From the IMG/VR virus record IMGVR_UViG_3300038463_000730, positions 370,689-434,688 of that record: 64,000 nucleotides of DNA, one strand, 5' to 3'. The notes under the pieces were generated by a model. It saw only the letters and a program-made list of their open reading frames with translations. It made no database searches and was not told where the DNA came from. Positions 1 to 7,119 of the stretch are shown here, one piece after another (position 1 is the first letter of the stretch; every line of letters starts with the position of its first letter). A program made the position numbers and the translations under genes.

Positions 1-203
1 CGCTCGATTCATCGCCTCTCCAATCGTCGGACCGGAGCCTTGAAGTATCTCGCCGTTATCGTAAACGTACCAACCCCAAGGTTCTTTCCTCGAATCAACA
101 AGAGTATTGTCCAATACTAGGTGAACTCGAACATATCCGTCCGTTCCTTTACGATGCCATGGGTAAAGTTGGTCGTCTGTAGAGACTTCCCAAGGCAAAA
201 GAA

Positions 204-542
204 TCATAAGAACGCTCGATGCTTGACTTTTGTCAGCAGAAAACCAAATTCTCGAAGCTTTTTATCAGCGGCAAACTTCGCTTTACGTACAGAATCGATA
301 TTCTCCGAATAACCGGAGTCCTCCGACCCTGGTAAGTGGTAAACAAGGTACTGCCAGATCTCATTGTTAGGATAAATCATCGCAACAATTGATCCGTTGA
401 CGTTTTTTCTATAATAAGATGGTACGGTATGGTATTGGGAATAGGTCGTTACCCAAGGTAGAACCATACGATACCTAGCGATCGTGTCTGCCACGGCTTT
501 TCCCTGTTTTTGCTCTGGATTGACGTATCCGTTTCGCCTCAT
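204..542 (-). CDS. Hypothetical protein, small paralog family A (true start probably downstream of 542)
   Basis: ORF; C-terminal ADKKLREFGFLL motif shared with 1267..1524 and 4847..5158. Confidence 0.6.
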   Translation of the reverse strand: MRRNGYVNPEQKQGKAVADTIARYRMVLPWVTTYSQYHTVPSYYRKNVNGSIVAMIYPNNEIWQYLVYHLPGSEDSGYSENIDSVRKAKFAADKKLREFGFLLTKVKHRAFL

Positions 543-915
543 CCGAGCCAGGAACGTGCGGACGCTTGTTTAGTTCGTACAATATGTCCTTTAATAGGAT
601 CGTAACCGATCTAAATGTCGCCGCATTCTTTTGATTTGAGCCCGTAATTGGAAGAGCCGGATCGAAACGAAGATTCGGTGTATGACCTGATTGATACCGG
701 TATACCGCGTAGAGTGGTGGGGTAGTGTGCTCATCATAAACCACGCCATTCTCGTCCTCGATCAACCCATCCCCGAGGTTATGCGTACTACGCAAGTTGT
801 TTTTGTAACATGAGTCACGCAATGTTAGAAGTTGGCGCGTCGGAATCTTCTCGACCTCCGATGGCGTAGCTTCTTCGTAATCAGGTTTACGAGGCATAGA
901 TTTTCTAGGCATCAT
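475..915 (-). CDS. Hypothetical protein
   Basis: 146-aa ORF, start overlaps the upstream stop. Confidence 0.6.
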   Translation of the reverse strand: MMPRKSMPRKPDYEEATPSEVEKIPTRQLLTLRDSCYKNNLRSTHNLGDGLIEDENGVVYDEHTTPPLYAVYRYQSGHTPNLRFDPALPITGSNQKNAATFRSVTILLKDILYELNKRPHVPGSDEAKRIRQSRAKTGKSRGRHDR

Positions 916-1334
916 TGCTGTTGGCTTTCATAGTCGAAGATGAGTTGCTGAAGATAGTTTGCGCGAAGATTAATCCAACGCAATAACCCGAGCATCACTA
1001 GCATCGGTCCCAACATACAAAGATCCTCCGGCCTCTTGAGAAAGAGGCCTTCGCAAAATATTGCGCTGATTACGGCCAGGATGATCGCTCCGATCACAGT
1101 TATGATCCGCCACGCAACAAGCGCTTCCTCGGCTTTTTTGAACTCCGACTCCGAAATCCTGCGTTTACGTGGCTGTTTCAACGTGAATTCGTTTTCGCTG
1201 ATGTCCATCACTAACTCAGGATCTTCGGACCGACCGCTCGACTTCCGAGCGCATTGAAAGATTTGATCACTGAAAAATCGAAAACCGTTCGCCAAGCAAA
1301 CGGTAGCCCAATTCTTTAGCTTTTCGATCGACAA
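912..1334 (-). CDS. Hypothetical membrane protein (2 TM)
   Basis: Two hydrophobic segments (IITVIGAIILAVISAIF; MLGPMLVMLGLL). Confidence 0.6.
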   Translation of the reverse strand: MSIEKLKNWATVCLANGFRFFSDQIFQCARKSSGRSEDPELVMDISENEFTLKQPRKRRISESEFKKAEEALVAWRIITVIGAIILAVISAIFCEGLFLKRPEDLCMLGPMLVMLGLLRWINLRANYLQQLIFDYESQQQ

Positions 1335-1524
1335 TCTCCACGCCTTCGTCTTTCGTCTGGCAATGCCCCTGCAATATATGCCCGTCTTCTCTAATCAGCA
1401 TCCAAAACCAGCTGTCTTCAAACGGATCTTTTATCACCTTGTGGATAAATCTACGATTCGTCCCAACTTCCTGACGCCAAAAGATTCTTTCGGAAAGAGT
1501 TTGCCAGGGACCGTGTATCCGCAT
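1267..1524 (-). CDS. Hypothetical protein, paralog family A
   Basis: VDRKAKELGYRLL motif. Confidence 0.6.
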   Translation of the reverse strand: MRIHGPWQTLSERIFWRQEVGTNRRFIHKVIKDPFEDSWFWMLIREDGHILQGHCQTKDEGVEIVDRKAKELGYRLLGERFSIFQ

Positions 1525-1583
1525 CTTAAGCAGATATCGAAATATCCATACAGGCTTCCACTACGACTTCGTACGGCTTAAAG

Positions 1584-1615
1584 AGGAAAGGCGACCTAGC
1601 CTGGTCGCCTCTCCC
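1584..1615 (-). terminator. Probable intrinsic terminator closing the ncRNA array
   Basis: GGGAGAGGCGACC-AGGCTA-GGTCGCCTTTCCT hairpin followed by CTTT. Confidence 0.55.
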
Positions 1616-1694
1616 GTTCGTTTTACAAAAACAAAGTTTGTAATGGCCGTTTTTACGAAGTACTCATACGTTTAAAACAAGAAGTCACATTGAA

Positions 1695-1839
1695 GGTCGC
1701 TATTATCCTGCCATTAGACGACTTCCCCGCTAAAGACACAAACCACCAGTCTTTAGTGTTGCTATTTTACAAGTCGTGCCTCAACGAGCTTGTATCCTTA
1801 GCGGGGAAGGTTAGAATTGAACTAACATATAGCTGAACC
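1695..1839 (-). ncRNA. Circularly permuted tRNA-like RNA, element 2 (YrlA-like topology)
   Basis: Order on minus strand: GCTAT, T arm GTTAG-TTCAATT-CTAAC, CTTCCCC ... GGGGAAG, D arm GTC-TAATGGCAG-GAT, ATAGC; acceptor helix extends to 18 bp (1722-1739 with 1792-1809). Confidence 0.75.
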
Positions 1840-1909
1840 TAGCTTCTTATTTTTCGACTAAGCACCTCATTGGCGATTTAACTTGGAATGATAGTCTAAA
1901 GTATCATGT

Positions 1910-2035
1910 GGTCTAAGCTTTTGCCTCTGCCATTCGGCTACCTCCTCAGATGGCCGGTCTAAACCGGTCGTTTTTATGCAACCGAAGTTGCGGCGAGGAG
2001 GGCAGGACTTGAACCTGCAAATTTAAGCTGTCCGA
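1910..2035 (-). ncRNA. Circularly permuted tRNA-like RNA, element 1 (YrlA-like topology)
   Basis: AGCTT, T arm GCAGG-TTCAAGT-CCTGC, CCTCCTC (1995-2001) ... GAGGAGG (1941-1947), D arm GCC-GAATGGCAGA-GGC, AAGCT; linker holds a cUUCGg hairpin. Confidence 0.75.
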
Positions 2036-2122
2036 AGTACTGAAGATTGATTCTAAGTTTGTGTCATTCCTAACATCCGATTCGGCCGAAGCCGTTCCGG
2101 AATCCTTTGGTTCCCGCGAACG

Positions 2123-2869
2123 TTACTTCGCGAACAAGAAACCGAAAACCTTATTACCGACGTGCTGCTGGCTCACATCTGTGTTGTTGGCAGCCTCGCG
2201 AGCAAACTTCACCGCGTTCTGCAACTTCTCGACCCGACGAAGCAACTCGGTTGCTCTGGCCTGCGGCAACGCGCCAGACGCCTTCACCGTGCTCCACGTT
2301 CCGACCAGGACGTCCTCGGAGAAGACATCAACTTGTGCCGGGTGTTTGTCCGTTGCGGGAGCCTTGACGTGGTTCCGCATGACCTTCTTTGTCTTCACCG
2401 TCTCGCTGGCCGGTGTGACGAAGTTATTCGTCGCGTTGCTAAACTCCCAATGCTCAGACGGATCCAGAACGGGAAGCTTCTTCACGAAGGTGTGAATATC
2501 AACCAGTTCCTTCTCCAAGAAGAGAAGATACGTGACCGGAACCTGGGCGAGCAATGTCACCCCATCCACCACGACATCTCCAACAGCCTTCGTGTTACCC
2601 CAGTCCTTTGTCGCCGTGACATCGAATTTCTTCGAAAGAATCTCGGTCGTCTTGTCGAGCATTTCCTCGACCGTCACCTGAACGCGAGTCTCCTCTGAGG
2701 GAAGCTTGTCGCCTTCCTCATCCTTCGGAGAGTACTTCCGCGCAATGCCCTGGAGCAGTGCGGGCTTCTGCAAAGCGTGATGCGCCTCGGTCAACTCAGA
2801 GTGTGACCGTGACTTCGTGCCCTTCTCGATTGCGATGATCTGATTTAGTTTAACTGTGCTCATGTTCAT
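2123..2869 (-). CDS. Conserved uncharacterised protein (KLNQIIAIEKG family; recalled as DUF7873, unverified)
   Basis: 248 aa, GC-biased codons; motifs KLNQIIAIEKG, YLLFLEKEL, HPAQV, RVEKLQNAVKFAREAAN resemble a family I recall from Actinobacteria/Myxococcota. Confidence 0.7.
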   Translation of the reverse strand: MNMSTVKLNQIIAIEKGTKSRSHSELTEAHHALQKPALLQGIARKYSPKDEEGDKLPSEETRVQVTVEEMLDKTTEILSKKFDVTATKDWGNTKAVGDVVVDGVTLLAQVPVTYLLFLEKELVDIHTFVKKLPVLDPSEHWEFSNATNNFVTPASETVKTKKVMRNHVKAPATDKHPAQVDVFSEDVLVGTWSTVKASGALPQARATELLRRVEKLQNAVKFAREAANNTDVSQQHVGNKVFGFLFAK

Positions 2870-2911
2870 TTCTCCGTATCTTAATTTCTCGTAAACGTCT
2901 TTCCCATTTAG

Positions 2912-2986
2912 AGCCCACAGCTGGATTCAAACCAACGACTCCGCAGCACGAAGGCCGCGTACTCTGATCAACTGAGTTATGTGGGC
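2912..2986 (-). tRNA. tRNA-like, Arg(UCG)-like with 8-nt anticodon loop
   Basis: Full cloverleaf; stem CGCGG/CTGCG encloses CCTTCGTG; T loop TTTGAAT; no CCA. Confidence 0.65.
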
Positions 2987-3004
2987 AAAACTGTTACCGT
3001 AACT

Positions 3005-3080
3005 TGGAGCCCAGGGTTGGATTTGAACCAACGACCTTCCGATTAAAACCGGCTGCTCTAACAGACTGAGCTACCCGGGC
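3005..3080 (-). tRNA. tRNA-like, Lys(UUU)-like with 6/8-nt anticodon loop
   Basis: Cloverleaf with encoded CCA; CCGG-TTTTAA-TCGG. Confidence 0.65.
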
Positions 3081-3108
3081 CAATAATGAAACTATGAATT
3101 GAAGGTCA

Positions 3109-3158
3109 ACGATCGACCTCCGCGTGAAGTCTGCACCTGGGTGCATCGTACCGATCGT
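3109..3158 (-). ncRNA. Small structured spacer RNA
   Basis: 8-bp stem 3109-3116/3151-3158 enclosing hairpin TGCAC-CCAG-GTGCA. Confidence 0.3.
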
Positions 3159-3179
3159 AAGTAGGAAACCGTTAACCAG

Positions 3180-3257
3180 TGGGGAGTGCTGCTTTCGAGA
3201 CAGCGACCACTCCGGGTCGAAACCTTTCGTTGCTCTACCATTCTGAGCTAACTCCCC
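3180..3257 (-). ncRNA. tRNA-like RNA without a recognisable anticodon arm
   Basis: GGGGAGT/ACTCCCC acceptor, perfect D arm, T arm GCTGT-CTCGAAA-GCAGC; anticodon region contains GGT-TTCG-ACC. Confidence 0.65.
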
Positions 3258-3287
3258 GTAAACTACAACTCGACAAACGTAACTTGT

Positions 3288-3719
3288 TCATATCTGAACA
3301 ATGAATCGACCGGCCTCCTCAATTCCTTCGATCACCGATCGAGCCGTTGCTCGGTCTAGATCTTTTTGCTCTTCAGAAAGTTCCGTATACGGAACAAACA
3401 AATCCTCACCCTTCGAACTATAATACTCTTTGAACCCTTGCGATTTCTTCTTTGTCATCCAGCCTTCGTGGACTTTATCCGCAATCACTTCCAATACCGT
3501 TACATCTTCGAACTTCGAAAAATACACATCCATTCGGTACATCAACTCTTCGCCAATATCACCGTCTCCACCAGCCTGGAGATCCAGCTGTCCGTCACAT
3601 TGATCTTCATCAATCTTTCGAATTGCATTGAAAAGAGTAACAGACTGTTTGTTATGCGGAATTCCTTGCTCCCAACGTTCTTCAACGGTTAGTTTGGACG
3701 TGTCTTTTTTCTTCTTCAT
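3288..3719 (-). CDS. RyR-domain protein
   Basis: IADKVHEGW...FVPYTELSEEQKDLDR matches the RyR repeat; start moved to the ATG just after the tRNA-like element. Confidence 0.7.
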   Translation of the reverse strand: MKKKKDTSKLTVEERWEQGIPHNKQSVTLFNAIRKIDEDQCDGQLDLQAGGDGDIGEELMYRMDVYFSKFEDVTVLEVIADKVHEGWMTKKKSQGFKEYYSSKGEDLFVPYTELSEEQKDLDRATARSVIEGIEEAGRFIVQI

Positions 3720-3722
3720 GAG

Positions 3723-3797
3723 CGGGACGAGCCGGATTTGAACCAACGTTCGGGCAGATTTCGCCACCCGTATCCTAAGCCACTAGATGATCGTCCC
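3723..3797 (-). tRNA. tRNA-like RNA with extended anticodon arm (no clear anticodon)
   Basis: GGGACGA/TCGTCCC acceptor, Glu/Asp-type D arm, CGGGT-GGCGAAATCT-GCCCG (10-nt loop), 3-nt variable loop. Confidence 0.6.
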
Positions 3798-3807
3798 AAA
3801 GAAAAAC

Positions 3808-3905
3808 GATTCAGAAACCTCACTAACATTTCGAACTATTAGTGCTGCACGTAAGCTTTCAATAATATAAATCAGAAATCTGTTTTATGCTTACTTTCGT
3901 GAATC
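3808..3905 (-). ncRNA. Structured RNA with T-loop-like hairpin
   Basis: Outer stem GATTCA/TGAATC, stem GTAAGC/GCTTAC, hairpin CACTAATA-GTTCGAAA-TGTTAGTG. Confidence 0.4.
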
Positions 3906-3912
3906 ATCTTCT

Positions 3913-3990
3913 TGGCTCGCGCTGATGGATTTGAACCACCGACCTTCCACCCGCTAAGGTGAACGCTCTAACAGACTGAGCTAAGCGCGA
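3913..3990 (-). tRNA. tRNA-like, Val-type body with 8-nt anticodon loop CUUAGCGG
   Basis: Cloverleaf with CCA; TTCAC/GTGGA stem; short variable loop. Confidence 0.65.
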
Positions 3991-3997
3991 ATGATAA

Positions 3998-4477
3998 TTA
4001 CTCGAACAATACTTTGTACACCTCCCGTAGTTTACCTAGCCAGGAGCGCCGAACGGGGCTCGAACCCGTGACCAAGGCATTTAGAGGGCCCTGCTCTGCC
4101 GCTGAGCTATCGACGCGCTTTAGGTCTACGTAGTTACGTAGAGCCAAAGGAAAGCTACTAGTAAGAGAGATCGACGACGCTGACCCAGGCTCAAATGCAA
4201 TCGCTGTTAGGCTATGATTAAGATCTTCTTCGGTAAAAGCTAAGTACCGAGCGCCTATTTCGTCTGCCTTCGCCTTGAGGCTAAGAAGGGCTGCTTCATT
4301 CTCAACACTTAATAGAACTACTGTGTTCGAGTTGACATGCCACTCTTTCGTAAGTTCGGGCCATGCCTGGCTAAAATCAATTGCTGCGTGCAACATCTGA
4401 GATGCCTGTTGGCCAGCACGCAAATCGTTTCGTGTAACGACATAGAATTTAGCAGGTGCGTTCGTCATCTACGACAT
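3998..4477 (-). CDS. Pth2-family peptidyl-tRNA hydrolase-like protein with in-frame TAG at codon 3 (alternative start at 4468)
   Basis: YVVTRNDL..GQQASQ..HAA, NTVVLLSV, E.DLNHSLTAIA, FPLAL motifs; SD GGAGAG 8 nt before ATG-TCG-TAG-ATG. Confidence 0.75.
4045..4116 (-). tRNA. Amber-suppressor tRNA (anticodon CUA) embedded in the pth2 ORF
   Basis: 72-nt cloverleaf; loop CT-CTA-AA (anticodon 4082-4084); one C31:U39 mismatch; no CCA. Confidence 0.8.
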
Positions 4478-4480
4478 GAT

Positions 4481-4645
4481 TTATTCTCTCCGTGTGTAAT
4501 TCTGAGTACGTGTCCCGGAACTACCGCTCGACATCTGGAATAGATTGATCGATTTTTCGAGAAGCTTAAACACAACGACCCCACGAGGAAAATCCAGGTG
4601 AGGCCACAGATGAAGCTGGTCGTTACAAATCTATCCAAACATCAT
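4481..4645 (-). other. Leader ORF(s): MMFG-amber followed in frame by an open 49-codon stretch that includes uORF MSSGSSGTRTQNYTRRE (4534..4481)
   Basis: Manual translation; the region also folds (4574-4580/4618-4624; 4541-4547/4626-4633). Confidence 0.35.
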
Positions 4646-4652
4646 ACCGTAT

Positions 4653-4850
4653 CTATATCACCGGTTTCCAAGAATGAATATCTTTTAATGCAAAAGATCT
4701 TTCAGCCTTTTTATCCAGGTCCATTGCCAATAGTAACCACTGAGCTGGCTTATGGTATTCATTCTCTTCGAATGAAATGCTGATCGGCTCAATCGTTCGA
4801 AAAGAACGTTCGCCTTTCCAGTTAGTGTAGTCGATCAATACGTGTTTCAT
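4653..4850 (-). CDS. Stand-alone WYL-domain protein
   Basis: IDYTNWKGERSFRTIEP...WLLLAMD...ERSFALKDI. Confidence 0.8.
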   Translation of the reverse strand: MKHVLIDYTNWKGERSFRTIEPISISFEENEYHKPAQWLLLAMDLDKKAERSFALKDIHSWKPVI

Positions 4851-5158
4851 AGCATGACCATATGTTTTTCTTTCAACAACATTGCGCCGTTTTCTACAAG
4901 AACTTTGTCCATGAACGCCATTGCTTCTTCTTTCGTATCGAACGTATCATCGAACGAGAACGTGACGTTCCACCGTCTCGGAGCATGCGGGTACGTCATG
5001 CTAATGTCTGATTGCCAAACCATCGCTGAAATGAATCCGTACTCTTTGTCGTTGAGAACACGACGAAGATATTCTGGCGAGTCCCACTCTTCCGTGCCAG
5101 CAACAGGCTCCCACGGAAGAAATATCAACCCTGTTAAATCTTCATACCGTTCAAACAT
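4847..5158 (-). CDS. Hypothetical protein, paralog family A
   Basis: MDKVLVENGAMLL C-terminus. Confidence 0.6.
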   Translation of the reverse strand: MFERYEDLTGLIFLPWEPVAGTEEWDSPEYLRRVLNDKEYGFISAMVWQSDISMTYPHAPRRWNVTFSFDDTFDTKEEAMAFMDKVLVENGAMLLKEKHMVML

Positions 5159-5388
5159 TATTCACAAACTACACCGGCGCCCTGATAATTGCACCAGCAA
5201 TTTGCTCCGACCGGTCCAGCAACGTTCATCACGCATCGGTGATTTCCTAATGCATCGCAACAATAGACGCTGTACACGACCTGTGCAGTCTTCTCTCGCA
5301 CGATAACATCGGGCGGCAATTGACGGGCCGAAGGAATACAGGCGATAAACATCGCGACCGAAAGCAAACAAACAATCTTCTTAATCAT
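5158..5388 (-). CDS. Small Cys-rich lipoprotein
   Basis: Signal peptide with lipobox FIAC; multiple Cys downstream. Confidence 0.6.
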   Translation of the reverse strand: MIKKIVCLLSVAMFIACIPSARQLPPDVIVREKTAQVVYSVYCCDALGNHRCVMNVAGPVGANCWCNYQGAGVVCE

Positions 5389-5396
5389 AGCGTTCC

Positions 5397-6167
5397 TTAT
5401 ATCACGTATCTAGGTTGTGTAAAGACACCTTCATCACTAATTAGTGATGACTGGTGAGAGTTGAACACGGCTCTCAAATCGTACGCAACTCCATTTAGTT
5501 CACAACCAGACAACACCAATCGAATCCCGTGTGAATAGTCAGCGTACGTATTACTATGGCTGACCGGATTCAAACCCTGAATCGGATTGCCATTCGGTTT
5601 AATCCAACCAAATATAGCGACGTTCTTAGGGTACTTGAGCAATTGGGGTGTAATGACAACATCCTTCTTGATACCGCTAACCAACACGCCCAAATGATAG
5701 CCAGGTAACCCGGCAAGCTGTGCCTGCACGACATCGTTATGTTTGCTGAAGTAAGAGGTTGTTGTCATTGCTGCGGTAGGCGGTAGGTTGGTTGGTGTCA
5801 TCTCACATGGCGCAGCCTTCCACGTATCAATGACCATTTTCCTCGTCGGTAACATACACTCGTACTGGTCCGCTATCTTCTGCGCCGTGAGAGGATTCAT
5901 CGGAACCCGAACGAAATCGTCGTCACTCCCGATGCAAAGGTAATCCGGAGCCACGTAATAAACGATCGTGTCACCAACTTCACCGGAGTCTGTTACCGTG
6001 ATCGGAACGAAATTCCGCATGAAGTTCGGCATATTCCCCTGAACGAACTGCTGAAGAATCGCGTCCTCTCGGACAGGCCCGAGATCCATATTGATCACTG
6101 ACTGAACAAACTGTTTCCCTGTCAATGCACTGCTTTGTCTATCCGGAATCATTTGTGCCTCCCACAA
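5397..6167 (-). CDS. Conserved hypothetical protein, possibly a cell-wall-acting enzyme
   Basis: LPTRKMV, KKDVV, AIFGW, HSNTYADYSHGIRLV motifs; function not established. Confidence 0.55.
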   Translation of the reverse strand: MWEAQMIPDRQSSALTGKQFVQSVINMDLGPVREDAILQQFVQGNMPNFMRNFVPITVTDSGEVGDTIVYYVAPDYLCIGSDDDFVRVPMNPLTAQKIADQYECMLPTRKMVIDTWKAAPCEMTPTNLPPTAAMTTTSYFSKHNDVVQAQLAGLPGYHLGVLVSGIKKDVVITPQLLKYPKNVAIFGWIKPNGNPIQGLNPVSHSNTYADYSHGIRLVLSGCELNGVAYDLRAVFNSHQSSLISDEGVFTQPRYVI

Positions 6168-6255
6168 GTAAAATATAACGTCTCAATAATAATCCACACA
6201 AATTCGTTGATTGTATACCGGACACCTTGAAAACTAAGACGAAACAATTTTCGGT

Positions 6256-7119
6256 TCATTTCAAATTCAGAAGCTTCTGGAACTCCGGAACCATCTTAAG
6301 AAGTCTCTTCTTCAGAACGTCATCTGTCTTGAGCAAGAAGTTCCGAGCAATTTTGTAACGAAGGTCTACATCAGTACAAGTGAAGATCGACTTCATGATT
6401 GCTGCGCGCTCACTGACTTTCGAGGAGTACCGACTGTTGTTATAGTTGCCGTAGCCAATCGGGTTGCCCCATATATCAAGCTTCGGCTTACTCCGATGCG
6501 CCCAGAACTCGTTGAACTTTCTCTCATAAATCTCCCCGGCTTTCGGAGTGAACTTATTCAGATAGTCAAGCATTCTGAATGTCACATTGTAATTGGAGTC
6601 ATCCTTGATATCAAGCTCCTTAATATCCAGCAAAAACAACTCGGCTACTTCTTTACTAATCGGAACTTCTCTTGGTATCAGTTTCTTAACGAGGTACCTC
6701 GTGTGTGACTTGTCAGGCTGTATCGAGCTGTTCGGCGCAAACGCGACAACCATATAGTTCTTGAAGTCCGGGCCGTTACCACCGGCAAAGAACTTCATCA
6801 TGTCTTCGACGTAGCCAGTACTGTGCGTGTTGGGTAATTGATTCGTGTTATTCAACGCTAAGTTGTAGAACTCCAACAGAGCATCGTACTGCACGCTCTT
6901 TACGTAAGCGGTCTGCACGATACATTTAGCTAGATCCAGCTCTGATAGATCGGCACGGTGAGTGCGCAATCGATCACGCAACTTATCCGTGACTTCTTCC
7001 AGATTTGACAGAATATAATTCTTCGCTGCGGTTTGCAGGATATGATTCGCGATGCCGGTGCTGTTCGGCACGGCCGAGGTATATCCCGTTGCTGCGAATA
7101 GTTCGTCAATGAACTTCAT
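6256..7119 (-). CDS. Hypothetical protein
   Basis: 287-aa ORF. Confidence 0.7.
   Translation of the reverse strand: MKFIDELFAATGYTSAVPNSTGIANHILQTAAKNYILSNLEEVTDKLRDRLRTHRADLSELDLAKCIVQTAYVKSVQYDALLEFYNLALNNTNQLPNTHSTGYVEDMMKFFAGGNGPDFKNYMVVAFAPNSSIQPDKSHTRYLVKKLIPREVPISKEVAELFLLDIKELDIKDDSNYNVTFRMLDYLNKFTPKAGEIYERKFNEFWAHRSKPKLDIWGNPIGYGNYNNSRYSSKVSERAAIMKSIFTCTDVDLRYKIARNFLLKTDDVLKKRLLKMVPEFQKLLNLK

Noticed and set aside
1800-1947. Conventional tRNA with a long intron (5' half at 1947, 3' half at 1810)
   Set aside because: That acceptor pairing has a mismatch, whereas both permuted pairings are perfect and one extends to 18 bp.
1560-4120. CRISPR or mini-array in the non-coding cluster
   Set aside because: There are no regularly spaced direct repeats; the similarity comes from tRNA arms.
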